A DNA stretch of 63,308 nt, the filler included, from Corallochytrium limacisporum Hawaii (lineage: Eukaryota > Protista > Pluriformea): NCBI GenBank assembly GCA_002811645.1. It is 5 parts of 5 records of this genome, joined end to end, with 100 filler letters (N's around TTAATTAATTAA, not from the genome) between each part and the next. Parts side by side here need not be neighbours in the genome. Positions count along the whole stretch, not along the records: positions 25,124 to 55,079 come from PDIP01000030.1; 4 more parts are not named here. One strand, given 5' to 3'. Made by a program: the position numbers and the translations under genes. The notes below the pieces were generated by a model. The model was not told the DNA's origin, made no database searches, and worked only from the letters and a program-made list of their open reading frames with translations. Shown piece by piece: positions 30,799-41,980 of the stretch (position 1 is its first letter; each line of letters starts with the position of its first letter).

Positions 30799-33176
30799 GA
30801 TACCGTTCTCTACTAATGAATTTGTGCTCTTCTAAAGTAATCTGCTGTCTCTGAGAGCAGCAGACTATATGTCCCGTGTTTACTGGATTTGCCGTTTCCA
30901 GTTGTTTCCGTCTTTCTCTGCGTCACCGTTCGCCGAATTTTGTCGGAAACACCCACCCTCGGCCTTTCTGGAATTAAGTGTACAGTTCCATTACCACGTG
31001 GTGGTTCCAACTATCACGGACGTGGCTTTAACAACCTTGCTGTCCTCCATGGTGGTGACCCTATTCGGATTGGTGCTCGTCGCTCGAGAGCCACAGCCAC
31101 GTTTAACGGTGTTTTTTTTTTGAAGTTTTTTGGCTGCCGTTCCTGGGCGTGGACTCTTATCTCTCCCCAGCGCAAGCCAAAAAGAAAACGGGCGCAGGTG
31201 AAGCCCTTCCAAGCGCACCCGCGCTCTTGACACCCCCCCGCCCGGGGCGGGGTCCGTCCCTCGAGGATGTAGAGGTGCTGGCTGCTCCGAATTGTGAAAC
31301 AAAGGAAAAGGAAAAGAAAAAGGAAACGAGGAGGCAGAAAGTTAAATCTTTGGACTGTCCCCCCGCTGCCCGTTCACTGCCGTGTCCTTGGCCCCTACAC
31401 CGTCCCGACAGAGCGCGGTAAGGAGAGTCCGGGACCTTCCCTTTTGTTTGTTTTCTTTTTTTGTTTCTCTTTTGGCCCTTAACAGTCTTTTGGGCCTGGT
31501 TTATATTTTCGTGCTTTGACTGGGGACCTGCTCACAGAGTCTCGGAAAAGCACCCCTCCTCCGGGGGGGGGGGGGGGAGGGGGGGGGGGGGAGAAAGTTC
31601 AGTCCCGCTGGCAAGCCGGCCGGGTGAAAATTTCGGGTGGTTCCCCAATGCTGAGCCGGTCTTCCCGCTTCCCGACACCGCGCTTGCCAACTTTGCCCGA
31701 CAAAAATGTAAAAAAGAAAAAGGAAAAAAAAATAAACCGAGAGAGGTAAGGAAAATTAAGAAACAGAAGAAAGCTAAGACACGGTCCATAGCCGAGCCGT
31801 GACTGACCCTTTCTGATTTCGTTCTGATTTGCTTCTTGCTTGCCTGCGTGCTCTCTCCTCTCCCCCCGGCGCCCCCCCCCCCAGCTCCCGCCCTCTCCGT
31901 GCGATCGGTCCAGCAGTTTGAAGACATATCCTTCCTGTGTGAGAAAGACGGACACCACAGGAAGTAAACTGATGATTAGGAGGGAGGGGCATCTATGTGT
32001 GTGTGTGGTGGACGTGTTCAAGGTCCAGCGTATTGGGGGCGCGTTTGTTCAGGGGCGATGGCGATGATTGATGACGATGATGGTCCTTGGTAGGTAGCAC
32101 CAAAATGTATAAGAATGCGAACCGTACTGTCATGGCCCAACAATCTCTCCCATGCCCGGAAAGTACTGGTGCTATGCCTGTGTATTCACGAGTGGTAGCG
32201 CAGGACACGAACCGCTGGCTCAATTTGTAAGAGGTGGTTTTCCATAGAAATCAAATAGAAAGGTACGTAAGAGAGAGACCCACCTTTTGTCAGTCTTAAT
32301 TCCCTCCGTTTAGTGTGTAGAACCTCCCCCTCCACCTTTTTTAAATTTCAGGCCGCCCGCTGACATCCCCTCCCAGTGTGGGGAGGGAGTTTGTTGTAAT
32401 GAAGGGGGACCTAGGACCCGCCAACCCCAAGTGAGTGCCGCAGGAAAGGAATCCACCTCACGCAGGGAATGCCCAGATCTTTTCATATCCTGACCACTTT
32501 GTAATTTCCCGCCCTTGAAAATGATATACGGGGTATTCTATAAATTTGGGAGGGATCCCACTAGGTCTGGAAGGCCAGGAGCGGAAATCAGATCTCTTCA
32601 CCTGCCATGATGACATTATTTATGGTAAGGAGTCCCGCCAAATCAGTATAGGGTGATGGTCTTACTGCATGGTCGCAAACGCAGCGAAACTTAGCCACAG
32701 ATTGTCACGGGTTGCGCAAGTGGGTTTTTGCTTTTTGTATCTCAGAGCGTCATGTATGATCACGATTGATCATCAAGTGCCGGTACTAACCCGGCCTGCT
32801 AGGCGGATGCTCTGCGCAGCGACATGTCCATGTCATGAATCTGAGTGAAGTGCCATGGAGAAAGATTCTTCGGGGCTTACATGTCAAGATGAAATGCTGC
32901 ACTTGCTATATTCGTCGATCTTTTCGACTTCCCTATCTGGGATCCCTGCGGCCACTGGATGGGGGAAGTTGATTTCGCCCTGGAGTTTGTTCTCGAAGCG
33001 TTCTGTTCTCGTAACACGCTTGACGCTTGCCTAATCTTGCCATGGCCCATGCCCCGCGATGTTCACTGCAAACTGAGTGCGTAGAGAAACATCTATCCTG
33101 TATAGCGTCCCGCCCTGCGGCCCATTCCCTATGTCACCTTTTCCTTTACTCCGCACACGCAAAGATATGGCGATGA

Positions 33177-35488
33177 AGCAGGCGCTGGCTGACACGCGGG
33201 TTCTCCATTACGGAGCAGGAAAGTAGTTCGCAGACAACGTCGTCTGGCGTGAGTGATGTTCCAAAGCACAACAGGCACCTGCTTGAGTTGGCCCTGAAGC
33301 AAGCGCTCTATCTCATCGACAATCACAACATGGCTGCAAATGAAGACGACGCCGAAGCAGATGTCCAATTTCGCCACTCGCCTTCCGATGAGGCTCAACT
33401 GTCCGAAGGCTCTGCGAATAGTGACGAAGTCATTGATACGGTTCAGCATGACACAGCTGATGTATTGGGTATGTCAGCAGAGAAATCTGCTCGGGGTAGG
33501 ACCAGCGATGATGACGATATACGGCGTGACGGTGAAGAAATTCTTCAATTCGTGACACCACTTCGCACTATCCCGAATGTTGCAACTGAGGATACAATCT
33601 TGCTGCCGACCTATGGCACCTATTTGACACTTCGTGAGGCATCCATCATTCTGAAGCACAAACTGGTATCAGACATTGAAGTATTGCGCCAGTGCAACAG
33701 TATGTCCACGCTTATTGCGGACAGAGGATTCTGCGACATCTCAGATCCCTGCTACTCTATCTAGCGGTCAGTCTTTGCCTGCCACGGCAACATGGCGTCC
33801 CGCCAATTCCGACCCAGCATTTACTGACTTACTTCGCTACATCGAAGACGCGATCCATGAGGGTTTGACAGAATTCCCGCACATCTTTGAGCTTTCAGAT
33901 GGCGGTGATCGGAAGCAGCGTTTCTCACTCAAGATGCTTCATCGACTGATTCGTTTCAACCCCAACATCACTGGTATGAAAGTCAGACTGGAAGTGATGA
34001 AAGAATACCGATCCTTCATGAATGTAACAGGATGGGACAAGGAATTTAAAGAACCGATCTCTGACATTTTGGAACATGCAGATTCACTTGGAATACTGAA
34101 GCACAGCTGGAAGTGGTTTCCTGGAGTTCCTTACCGATACCCTTTCCGAAATTATGCTGAGGCTGTCGGGTGAACCCGACGACTGCTGGGCCATCGGATG
34201 CGATCAGGATGGAAAATCCCCGCAGTTGAAGATTTCGTTCATGCCTACGATAAGGGACAGGAAGACTCATTCCAAATGTGGTATGATGAATTCCATACGA
34301 GTGTGAGCGAGGGTTGCATGGGGGACGAAAGGGAGATGCAAGTCTTCATGAGCCTAATGGCGACCTGCTCATCAAATTCCGGATTGTATCAGAATCTTCT
34401 GAATGCTCTCTCAAACTTCCGCGCAATTTCGCAAAGTGCCCGTCCGCGTTGGGGTAGCTATCCGAGTCGATCCCTGTTGAACTTCCTCGCTGGTTGTGTT
34501 TGCGCTCCAAGCGCTTCCAAAGTTGGTTCGCTTTATGAACAATTTGATCGATCCGGGTCACTCAAATCGCGTCACAGTAGACACCCACATGCAGAAGTTC
34601 CTGTCGGGCAAAGGCCACTTAACTTTTGGTCCATATGAATATGCTATCGTGGAAGACTTCTACCGGCTGGTTGCCCTCCAAATCGGTGAGGTTCCGCATC
34701 ACATGCAAGCAGTAATTTGGAGGAGCATGGCCGGCCCGTTGCGTCTCAACAAAGTTCTGGAAGAGCTTAAGCTGGAATTCACGTTTGACCTGATGCCTGA
34801 TATGTAGACCTTGCTGCACTACATGGATGAACAGGAAGCCAATGAGCTCTCCACAGCTGTCAAATACTGCCTTAGTCTCTGGGAAGGTCGAAAACTTGCT
34901 GTCCAATTGCTTCGTCAGCAGCTGCTTGAACTTGGATATCTGAGTTTCGAGTCTTCGGCGGAAGCACCCTACGAGCGAGTTGTGCTTAGCATTGTCGTGC
35001 CGCTCCGGTACACCCACACCAGCGGGATCAAATGTCGCATGAATGCCATGAAGAGCTATGCCTCCCGTCAAGAGAGAGAGCTCAGTGCTCATGAGTTGAA
35101 TGTCATTTCGGAGTACCAAGACACCTTGCACACTCTAGAGGCCGGTGACGAAGACTATGATATAGATCCGCAAGACCTGCAGTGGTTCGACCGCGATAGT
35201 GCTGCCCTCAACAGCTGGCTCCTCCGTCGCCTTCCCTTGTCCGCAGAGGAAGTCAACCAAATTTCAGATCGGGATTTCTACTTCTTGAGCCATCTACACT
35301 TCACGACCCCGAAGAAATTCTTCTCGGAAACGTGTCAGCATGGCATGTTCCATTATCGTCTGCTGCAGGCGGTTTTGGCCCATTTCAGTTCACCCACTGG
35401 CAGCAAGGACATCTCAGCGAAGTCTGGCACTTCACAGTCAGCATCGGACCCCAAAGGCAAGGGTAAACAGCCAATGAGGGAGCTTTAA
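33177..35488 (+). pseudogene. Disrupted large gene containing a phage-like HhH-GPD glycosylase-type domain
   Basis: Five collinear ORF pieces are joined by an inferred frameshift (~33700-33760), an in-frame TGA (34171-3), a +1 frameshift (~34525-31) and an in-frame TAG (34805-7). Motifs: WYDE, SxNSxxxQNLxNAL, KV.xFMNNL, VTVDTHM, QAVIW. The 5' boundary is uncertain. Confidence 0.6.
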
Positions 35489-35553
35489 TGACAACCCTAA
35501 TGATAAATTCTAACAACGTCACATTCCCTTCGCGTTCTTGTCTCTTCCTGTGT

Positions 35554-36087
35554 TCAGACATCTACACGCACCACCAGGGCTCGCAGTGCTGTTCGTCCAC
35601 CCGGAATGTAGCTAAGCATGTACCACAGCATAGCTGCCATCTCTACACACAAAAAGACGATTGTCAGCAGCAATGAATCCAAGACAACTGCGCTGATTAA
35701 ACAGAGAATGATGGACAGTATCATGACTAAACTTGCAACCATACGACTCTGATCAAACATCCTCTTCGTCTGAGCCACCGGTCCTGAGAAGAAGCAGGAG
35801 CTCATGAGAGATACGATATTTCCAAAGCTGTAGAGAGTAGCAAACCCTTTGATATTTCCAAAGCTGAGGGAGATGATGCTGACTGCAGATAGCAGAAAAC
35901 CGACAGCAAAACAGGTCACGAATCCATATATGCGTTCCATGCGTGATAGCTCGCACATGCCAAGAATGGACCCGTCGATCCTTTCACCCAGACTTTGCTC
36001 TCCATCCTCCGCAAGCGGTTCCACATCAGCATTCTCGTCCTGTTCGAGACGAAAGTAGTCTCTAAGTTGGTTGCTCCAATTACTCAT
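35554..36087 (-). CDS. SFT2: Vesicle transport protein SFT2/Got1 family (SFT2D1/2-like)
   Basis: LSRMERIYGFVTCF, FATLYSFGNI, FFSGPVAQTKRMF, WYMLSYIPGGR; four hydrophobic segments. Confidence 0.93.
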   Translation of the reverse strand: MSNWSNQLRDYFRLEQDENADVEPLAEDGEQSLGERIDGSILGMCELSRMERIYGFVTCFAVGFLLSAVSIISLSFGNIKGFATLYSFGNIVSLMSSCFFSGPVAQTKRMFDQSRMVASLVMILSIILCLISAVVLDSLLLTIVFLCVEMAAMLWYMLSYIPGGRTALRALVVRVDV

Positions 36088-36937
36088 TGTTCTATGTTGT
36101 GATGTTCTTCTGGTTAGGATACCGTTGGCGCATTACGTACTCATGGTCGCCGTTGGGATGTCTTTCTTACGGAAGAACAAAATGGCTTCGTAAATGACAA
36201 CGTTCGTCATAGTATGGCGTTGCGTGCGCATCTACAAACCCTAACGTACCATCTAGAGTTACCGGCAAGGCCTTTCTACGCCCTGCCAACAGCTTCAGTG
36301 GCCAATACCCCCGTTCGGACGTATGTGATTTCAGCCGACTTCATCGGGAGGTGAGCTGGTATATCAGATCTGGTTCAGATACGAAGTCCGCATATGAAAA
36401 GGCTATCTAGCAGCTAATAAAACTTTCAGTATATCAATTGGAGGGTTCATTGGTGGACGACTACTGGTGCGAACGGTTCCGGACCGCACTGAAGCGGGCA
36501 TTAGATAGTGCGTTAATTTTCGCCGAACAAATGGCTGAGTTTCTGAAACCCCCATTTTTTGCCCCGATGGGGCGGAGGCCAGAGCACCCCGGCCCGTTGA
36601 ACAAGGGAGAAACACAGACTCACCCCTTGGAACTGGGAAAACTCCCCCCTCCCCCGGGGGGTTGTGGAGAGAGGGGTGATCGGGAAAGAGGGAGGTACGG
36701 AGACACAGTCTGTGCTCGGTGAATCTGACGGTAGGACTCTGCTCGTATTTGGGATTGGAGCGTAGCACACAATGTTTCTACATGGGTTTCTACATGGGAT
36801 GGTATGTTTGGGTTGGAAGTGGCTGTGCCCAATTGGTGGCGTCACCATTCATGTAGATGATTCACGCAGACGACCTGCGACATAGCTTGGATCACATATG
36901 AGAGTCGCCAGTTGAATTGTTACGGACTCTACAACTC

Positions 36938-38113
36938 ATGAGTGCTCGGTCACTTTTCGGGGTCACGCGTGTGACACATTTCTTATCGCCTATGGCATTA
37001 CATAAGGTTACTCCTGGGTATGCCATAGCTTGTTCAAAACTGTACAATGGACAAAATGTCGGGACAGGCATGGTCTACCGGTCACCGAATGCGACAGTGT
37101 TCAACCAGAAACGTTACCACGGGCATCATGGAGGTCAGGATCCCATTGAAATGATCATAGCAAAGCCTAAGGATAAAGCCGAAGCGGCGGCTCGCGAGGT
37201 CACCTTGCTGGGTCTATGGATCAATCTGGTACTAGCGACCGGCAAGACCGGTGTTGGGTACGCTCTCAACTCTATGTCCCTGATCGGTGATGGTGTACAC
37301 TCACTGACGGACCTCATCAGCGATGGAGTCACGTTGGCGTGTGTTGGAATTAGTAGAAAGAAAGCCGATCGGCATTATCCTTACGGCTACGGGCGCATCG
37401 AGACAGTTGGTGCAGTGGGAGTCGCCACGTTTCTTCTGTCTGCGGGTGTAGGTATCGGATACTCGAGCTACGAGTCACTTATGGCTGGACCGACCGGCCT
37501 CGCAGGTATGGGTGCTACTATCGGCATTGGTACTGCCATAGTCTCTCTTGTAGCGAAGGAATGGATCTACCGAAGGACAATCAAGGTCGCGGAACAGCAG
37601 AACAGTCCTGTGCTCTATGCAAACGCATGGCATCACCGCTCGGATGCGCTGAGCAGTGTTGTTGCATTAGGAGGAGTCGCGGGTGCAGCCATGGGAGCTC
37701 CGTGGGCCGACCCTGTCGGAGGATTCATCGTGGCCGGTATGGTGACCAAAATTGGCCTCGAGGTCCTGTATTCTTCTATGACGGAGCTGATGGATGCCTC
37801 CTTAGAAGAGGAGGAACTAGGAGTCATTAGAGACATTGTTCACAAGGCAAATGCTGATTCACGTATGTCTGAATCGATGGCAGATGTTCAGGTCGGTGAC
37901 CTCCGCGTCAGGCGCAGTGGTCCATTCAAAGTTGTGGATGTCGATCTAGTCGTTCCCCGGGAAGGATCAGGAAGTACCAAGACAAGTGCCAGCGACCTCT
38001 TGAAGCATGCAGCGGAGCTGAGAGCCAAACTGCATAAGACAGACAGTGGGATCCGTCACATCACCGTAAATCATGTGTTTAAGAAGGCCACAGAGGACAC
38101 ACAGGTCCTCTAG
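36938..38113 (+). CDS. Cation diffusion facilitator, mitochondrial Mmt1/2-like metal transporter
   Basis: Presequence-like N-terminus followed by HGHHG. Motifs SLIGDGVHSLTDLISD, YPYGYGRIE, ANAWHHRSDALSS, ADPVGG. Confidence 0.92.
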   Translation: MSARSLFGVTRVTHFLSPMALHKVTPGYAIACSKLYNGQNVGTGMVYRSPNATVFNQKRYHGHHGGQDPIEMIIAKPKDKAEAAAREVTLLGLWINLVLATGKTGVGYALNSMSLIGDGVHSLTDLISDGVTLACVGISRKKADRHYPYGYGRIETVGAVGVATFLLSAGVGIGYSSYESLMAGPTGLAGMGATIGIGTAIVSLVAKEWIYRRTIKVAEQQNSPVLYANAWHHRSDALSSVVALGGVAGAAMGAPWADPVGGFIVAGMVTKIGLEVLYSSMTELMDASLEEEELGVIRDIVHKANADSRMSESMADVQVGDLRVRRSGPFKVVDVDLVVPREGSGSTKTSASDLLKHAAELRAKLHKTDSGIRHITVNHVFKKATEDTQVL

Positions 38114-38273
38114 GCTTTCACAACATAGCTCCATCATCTTATAGATTATCGTCATTCGTCATTCTCTTAGTCATTGACAATCTCGCAAAGACATCGTATT
38201 ATATCATCTATGGACTTCAGGTTTTCATCGCTTACGTATTGGTATGAATCGCCTGAATCGTCAACATGCTGCT

Positions 38274-39461
38274 TCAGACTATAAACCGACGCCAGGCAAT
38301 CACAGCGGCCAGTACGATGGCACCCACAATAGTGCCAACTATGTTTCCAATGGATCCGTCACTGTCAAAGTTAGTTTGATCCACAGGTTCAACACCAACA
38401 CCTGGCTCTCTAGTAATGAACTGTTCTTTGGGACTGAACACATCCCGTGTCGTCTGAGTCTCGTCATCCTTACTCTGTTCAGCCCTACTGACAGGCTTAG
38501 CAGCGCCAGGGTCAAGAGGAATGCCGTAAAAGTGAAAGTGAGTGACCACTTGCTCTGTGGGCCTGTCAATCCCACTTGCTATTCCAGAATTTCGACGCGT
38601 TCTGCCGGCGTACTTCTGAAAGATGGGTCCACTTCTACACTCGTCGCACTGGAGACATGAGTTCAGGCGAAAACTATTCTCTCGCCACTGGAAATCGTCG
38701 CATGCAGGTAAATCATTGATAGTGTTCTTGCATCCATTGGGCGATTTGTTAGCATCCCATGGCTCACAGTAGTCCACGCCAAAGAGTCCGCGTTGCGGTT
38801 CATTGTTGGCGCTGAAGTAGTTGGCTAGGCACACATTCAGGCAAAGCTGTCTTGAGTTGACAGTATTGTGATACCAAATGTATAGACACGCATCCTTGAA
38901 GCCAAGGCCACGCAGGCATTCCAGGTTTACTTCCATATTGAGAAATCCACGAACACTACACTGGCGCACTGGGTTTGTCAAGTCGAGGTGCCTTAGGTAT
39001 ACCGCCAATTGGTCCAGTGTGCTGCAGCTACCGCAGTCGTTTTTGTGTGAATAGTAGACAAGACCTGTACCATTCCTGGCATCAGCATCCTTCGGAAATA
39101 AAGAGTGCAGTTCATAGTCTACCATAATCTCCGGGTTGGTGGCAGCCAAACGTCGTTTCTGCTCCGTAGACGGAAGAAAGACTATGTAGCAGTTTCTCTC
39201 TCGGGAAAACTCTACATCATAGCCGCCTTCGGCAGCGCTGATGGTGGCATCGTATGGTGGATATGGTGTACCTGCAGTTTCATAGTCTGCGTACTGAATA
39301 CTTTGGAGAAGCGCTTCTATGTTCGTCGGCTTAGTCCGCTCCGAAAGCAAACGGATGTAGGAGTCACAATAGTCTCCGGTCCTCTCCCCAACGCACTCGA
39401 GATCCTCTAGCTCGGCAAGGGTTTCGCCAAGCATCAAGGCAATCAAACACAAGGCCAGCAT
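38274..39461 (-). CDS. Cys-rich type I membrane/surface protein of unknown function
   Basis: Signal peptide, Cys-rich core (CGSCSTLDQLAVY, LNSCLQCDECRSGPIF..YAGRTRRNSGI), and a C-terminal TM segment followed by RR. Confidence 0.85.
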   Translation of the reverse strand: MLALCLIALMLGETLAELEDLECVGERTGDYCDSYIRLLSERTKPTNIEALLQSIQYADYETAGTPYPPYDATISAAEGGYDVEFSRERNCYIVFLPSTEQKRRLAATNPEIMVDYELHSLFPKDADARNGTGLVYYSHKNDCGSCSTLDQLAVYLRHLDLTNPVRQCSVRGFLNMEVNLECLRGLGFKDACLYIWYHNTVNSRQLCLNVCLANYFSANNEPQRGLFGVDYCEPWDANKSPNGCKNTINDLPACDDFQWRENSFRLNSCLQCDECRSGPIFQKYAGRTRRNSGIASGIDRPTEQVVTHFHFYGIPLDPGAAKPVSRAEQSKDDETQTTRDVFSPKEQFITREPGVGVEPVDQTNFDSDGSIGNIVGTIVGAIVLAAVIAWRRFIV

Positions 39462-40156
39462 GGCCCAGGTGCATATTTACCATCGTTCCTGAGCCAGTAA
39501 TGTTCCTGATCCAACTCGTCACCGTAGCATTTGCCACCTAACCGTCCTGAATTACCTGGCTCAAGAAGGGAGCCCCTGAATCGTAACCAAACTCTGCGCA
39601 ACAGACAAGAAACTGGGAGGAGGGGGGTCGCCCCCAGGGGTTGGGTACCACTTCAAGGAGGTCTTTGGCAAAATTTTAACGATATTTAGGGGTTCAGTCT
39701 ACAATAGAAACTTTGTGCCTAATTTGGTTCCCTGCCGCGGAGTCCCAAGGCAACAGCCAGTCCAGGCCACCGAGTCCGTTAGATTTGGGCGGGTGGCTAG
39801 TTCCGTTCGACTCAGGCATCTTCTGTTGGGTGTTTCAGAAATCGTCTACGCCTTTCACTAGTATAATGTTGTAGAATTTTATTGCGCAGAAATAGGATAA
39901 ACAAAATGCTGGCAGGATGTACTTGAATATGATCAACGGAACGTGAGGACCGACGATGGGACGGAACTTCTAGTGATGTCAGTTGCGAATGAAAACTCTC
40001 AAGGAACTTCGCAGGGTCGAGGATGACCTTAGGTCCGATGCCAAGGTCGTCGATTGATGCTACTGCGGCGGCTGAAATCTGAAGTATCAAGAATTGAACG
40101 AACATGACACGATGACTCGGCTAGGACAGGTTTTAATACAACTGGATTCCCAAAGA

Positions 40157-41227
40157 CTACTCATCCATGACACTTTTCCGCCAAGAGGTGAATTCGGCTA
40201 CGTTGTCTTTCTTCTGAGTTCCACACGCGGCGCCAGAGACAGGCAACATGGCATCGTCCACAGAGGCACCAGATCCCCAAAATTCGCAACTGTCCTCATC
40301 GATGACAATGTTGCTTGTCGTGGAATCAAAGCTTAAGTCTACTGCGGACAGTGATCCACTCGATGTGTCACACACCTTATCACTCAAATGAGGAGCAGCC
40401 GAAGGCAATGCGTGGCTATTCCGTTTGCTGGCTTTGATACGCTTACCTACTTCCCTGACGTGATCCTGGTCCTCTTCAGTCATAGCGCCAAGCACCATCT
40501 TTTCTGCCTTCTTCACCGCTGTTTTATCGAGACGAAACCGTCCCATGAGCTTGCGCATGGGTACCCTACAGCCGCTGACGCGTGATACTGCGGCAAGAGC
40601 ACCGATACTGTAAGACATTTTTCCTGACTCGGTCATGAACTGATATTTTTCCCATGTCCAATTGGCTTTATGTCTGTAGCGATCGAGTGACTGATCGGCG
40701 GCCCGGCCCAGCAAATGAGGCAACTGGAATTCCTCTACGACGCGTGAGGGTGCAAATTTGACTTGTGCCTGTTCAAGCAGCATCTGGTGAGTGGCAGCGA
40801 TCGCGTCGTCACTCAATGATAGGCTGCATTGTTCTCGGCGAATGTTTAGCCCAAGTACGCTCTCCACACTTGCTACTTTGGAACGTGCTCCCGGTGATCT
40901 CTTGGTGGTCGGTTGGCTGCTTGCAGCCTCATTATTCGCAACCACCGGTGCATTTTCTGCAACAAAACGGGTTTCCATGGCTCGGATGGCTGCGAGAACG
41001 TGTTTCTTTGTAATATTGAACTGACGTGTAGCCTTCGCAATGTCAAGACCCGATCCTTCGCGCCTAAGTGCGACATCTGCAGCAGCACAATTTATTAGCC
41101 ACACGTTATTTCCCGCACTGCAGGGTAAAGGCCGTTTTCGTGCACTGGAGATCATTCTTTGCATGTCTTCAACACAATTCTTTGAACAATCAGTGTCGAT
41201 GAGCTTCATAAATGCTTGAGCATCCAT
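40157..41227 (-). CDS. ORC6: Divergent origin recognition complex subunit 6-like protein
   Basis: N-terminal segment CAAADVA...LDIAKA resembles the ORC6 first TFIIB-like repeat. C-terminal EFTSWRKSVM resembles the ORC6 YEEWKRKIL motif. Confidence 0.6.
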   Translation of the reverse strand: MDAQAFMKLIDTDCSKNCVEDMQRMISSARKRPLPCSAGNNVWLINCAAADVALRREGSGLDIAKATRQFNITKKHVLAAIRAMETRFVAENAPVVANNEAASSQPTTKRSPGARSKVASVESVLGLNIRREQCSLSLSDDAIAATHQMLLEQAQVKFAPSRVVEEFQLPHLLGRAADQSLDRYRHKANWTWEKYQFMTESGKMSYSIGALAAVSRVSGCRVPMRKLMGRFRLDKTAVKKAEKMVLGAMTEEDQDHVREVGKRIKASKRNSHALPSAAPHLSDKVCDTSSGSLSAVDLSFDSTTSNIVIDEDSCEFWGSGASVDDAMLPVSGAACGTQKKDNVAEFTSWRKSVMDE

Positions 41228-41980
41228 TTTGTGTTATTTGCTGCCTCAATAGGTTTCGTTTCTGGCGAGTGGTACACACACTTTCTATTTCTCTGCAAGG
41301 CCCATGTGTCCTTTGTCGCTTTATACCAGTATTTTTCATTGATAGGATGTGAACAAGCCAATTTCTACACTCTGGTCACTTTCTGGATCCATTGCTGCCC
41401 AAGGATACTATGGATGCGGGATTCGCCCCAGCCCAACCGAATTCCAGTCCTGGGCCAATGTGTTGCTCGGTCCGATCAAATTTTTCGCGCGCCCCGGAAG
41501 GCCCCCTGGTATGGGGAAGGAGAGGGGCCAGTTAACGGCAGCTCGGCCTCTGTTCCGGCGGTTAAAAAAGTAATCCTTGTTTTTTATTTCCCTGACCGCA
41601 CTCCACTGGGACGGGGCGGGGGGAAATATCCAGCAGTAAGTGGTGGCGTAGGGTCCAGCAGAGCCGGGTCAAGGTGTAGTCAGTGAGTGAGCCCAGGGCT
41701 GTATAAGCCAAGGGCTGTGACGGAAGGGAATTTGCGGGCGGGAGGGTCACCGAGAGTGCCCGGACGTGCACTGTAAAATTGTTTCTTTGGCTGCCAAGGC
41801 GAGTCTTTGGCGGTTCTCATTGTTCGCGCAGTCGGTGTGCTTCGCTCATGTATTAAGAAATCAGACATGACTTATGTGAATTGCAGGTACTGTGAATATG
41901 TTGACAATGACTAGGTACTGCTGCGTGCGGAACTCCAGAATGTAAGTCAATTTAGTGTACAATTCAAAGCAACATCAAGC

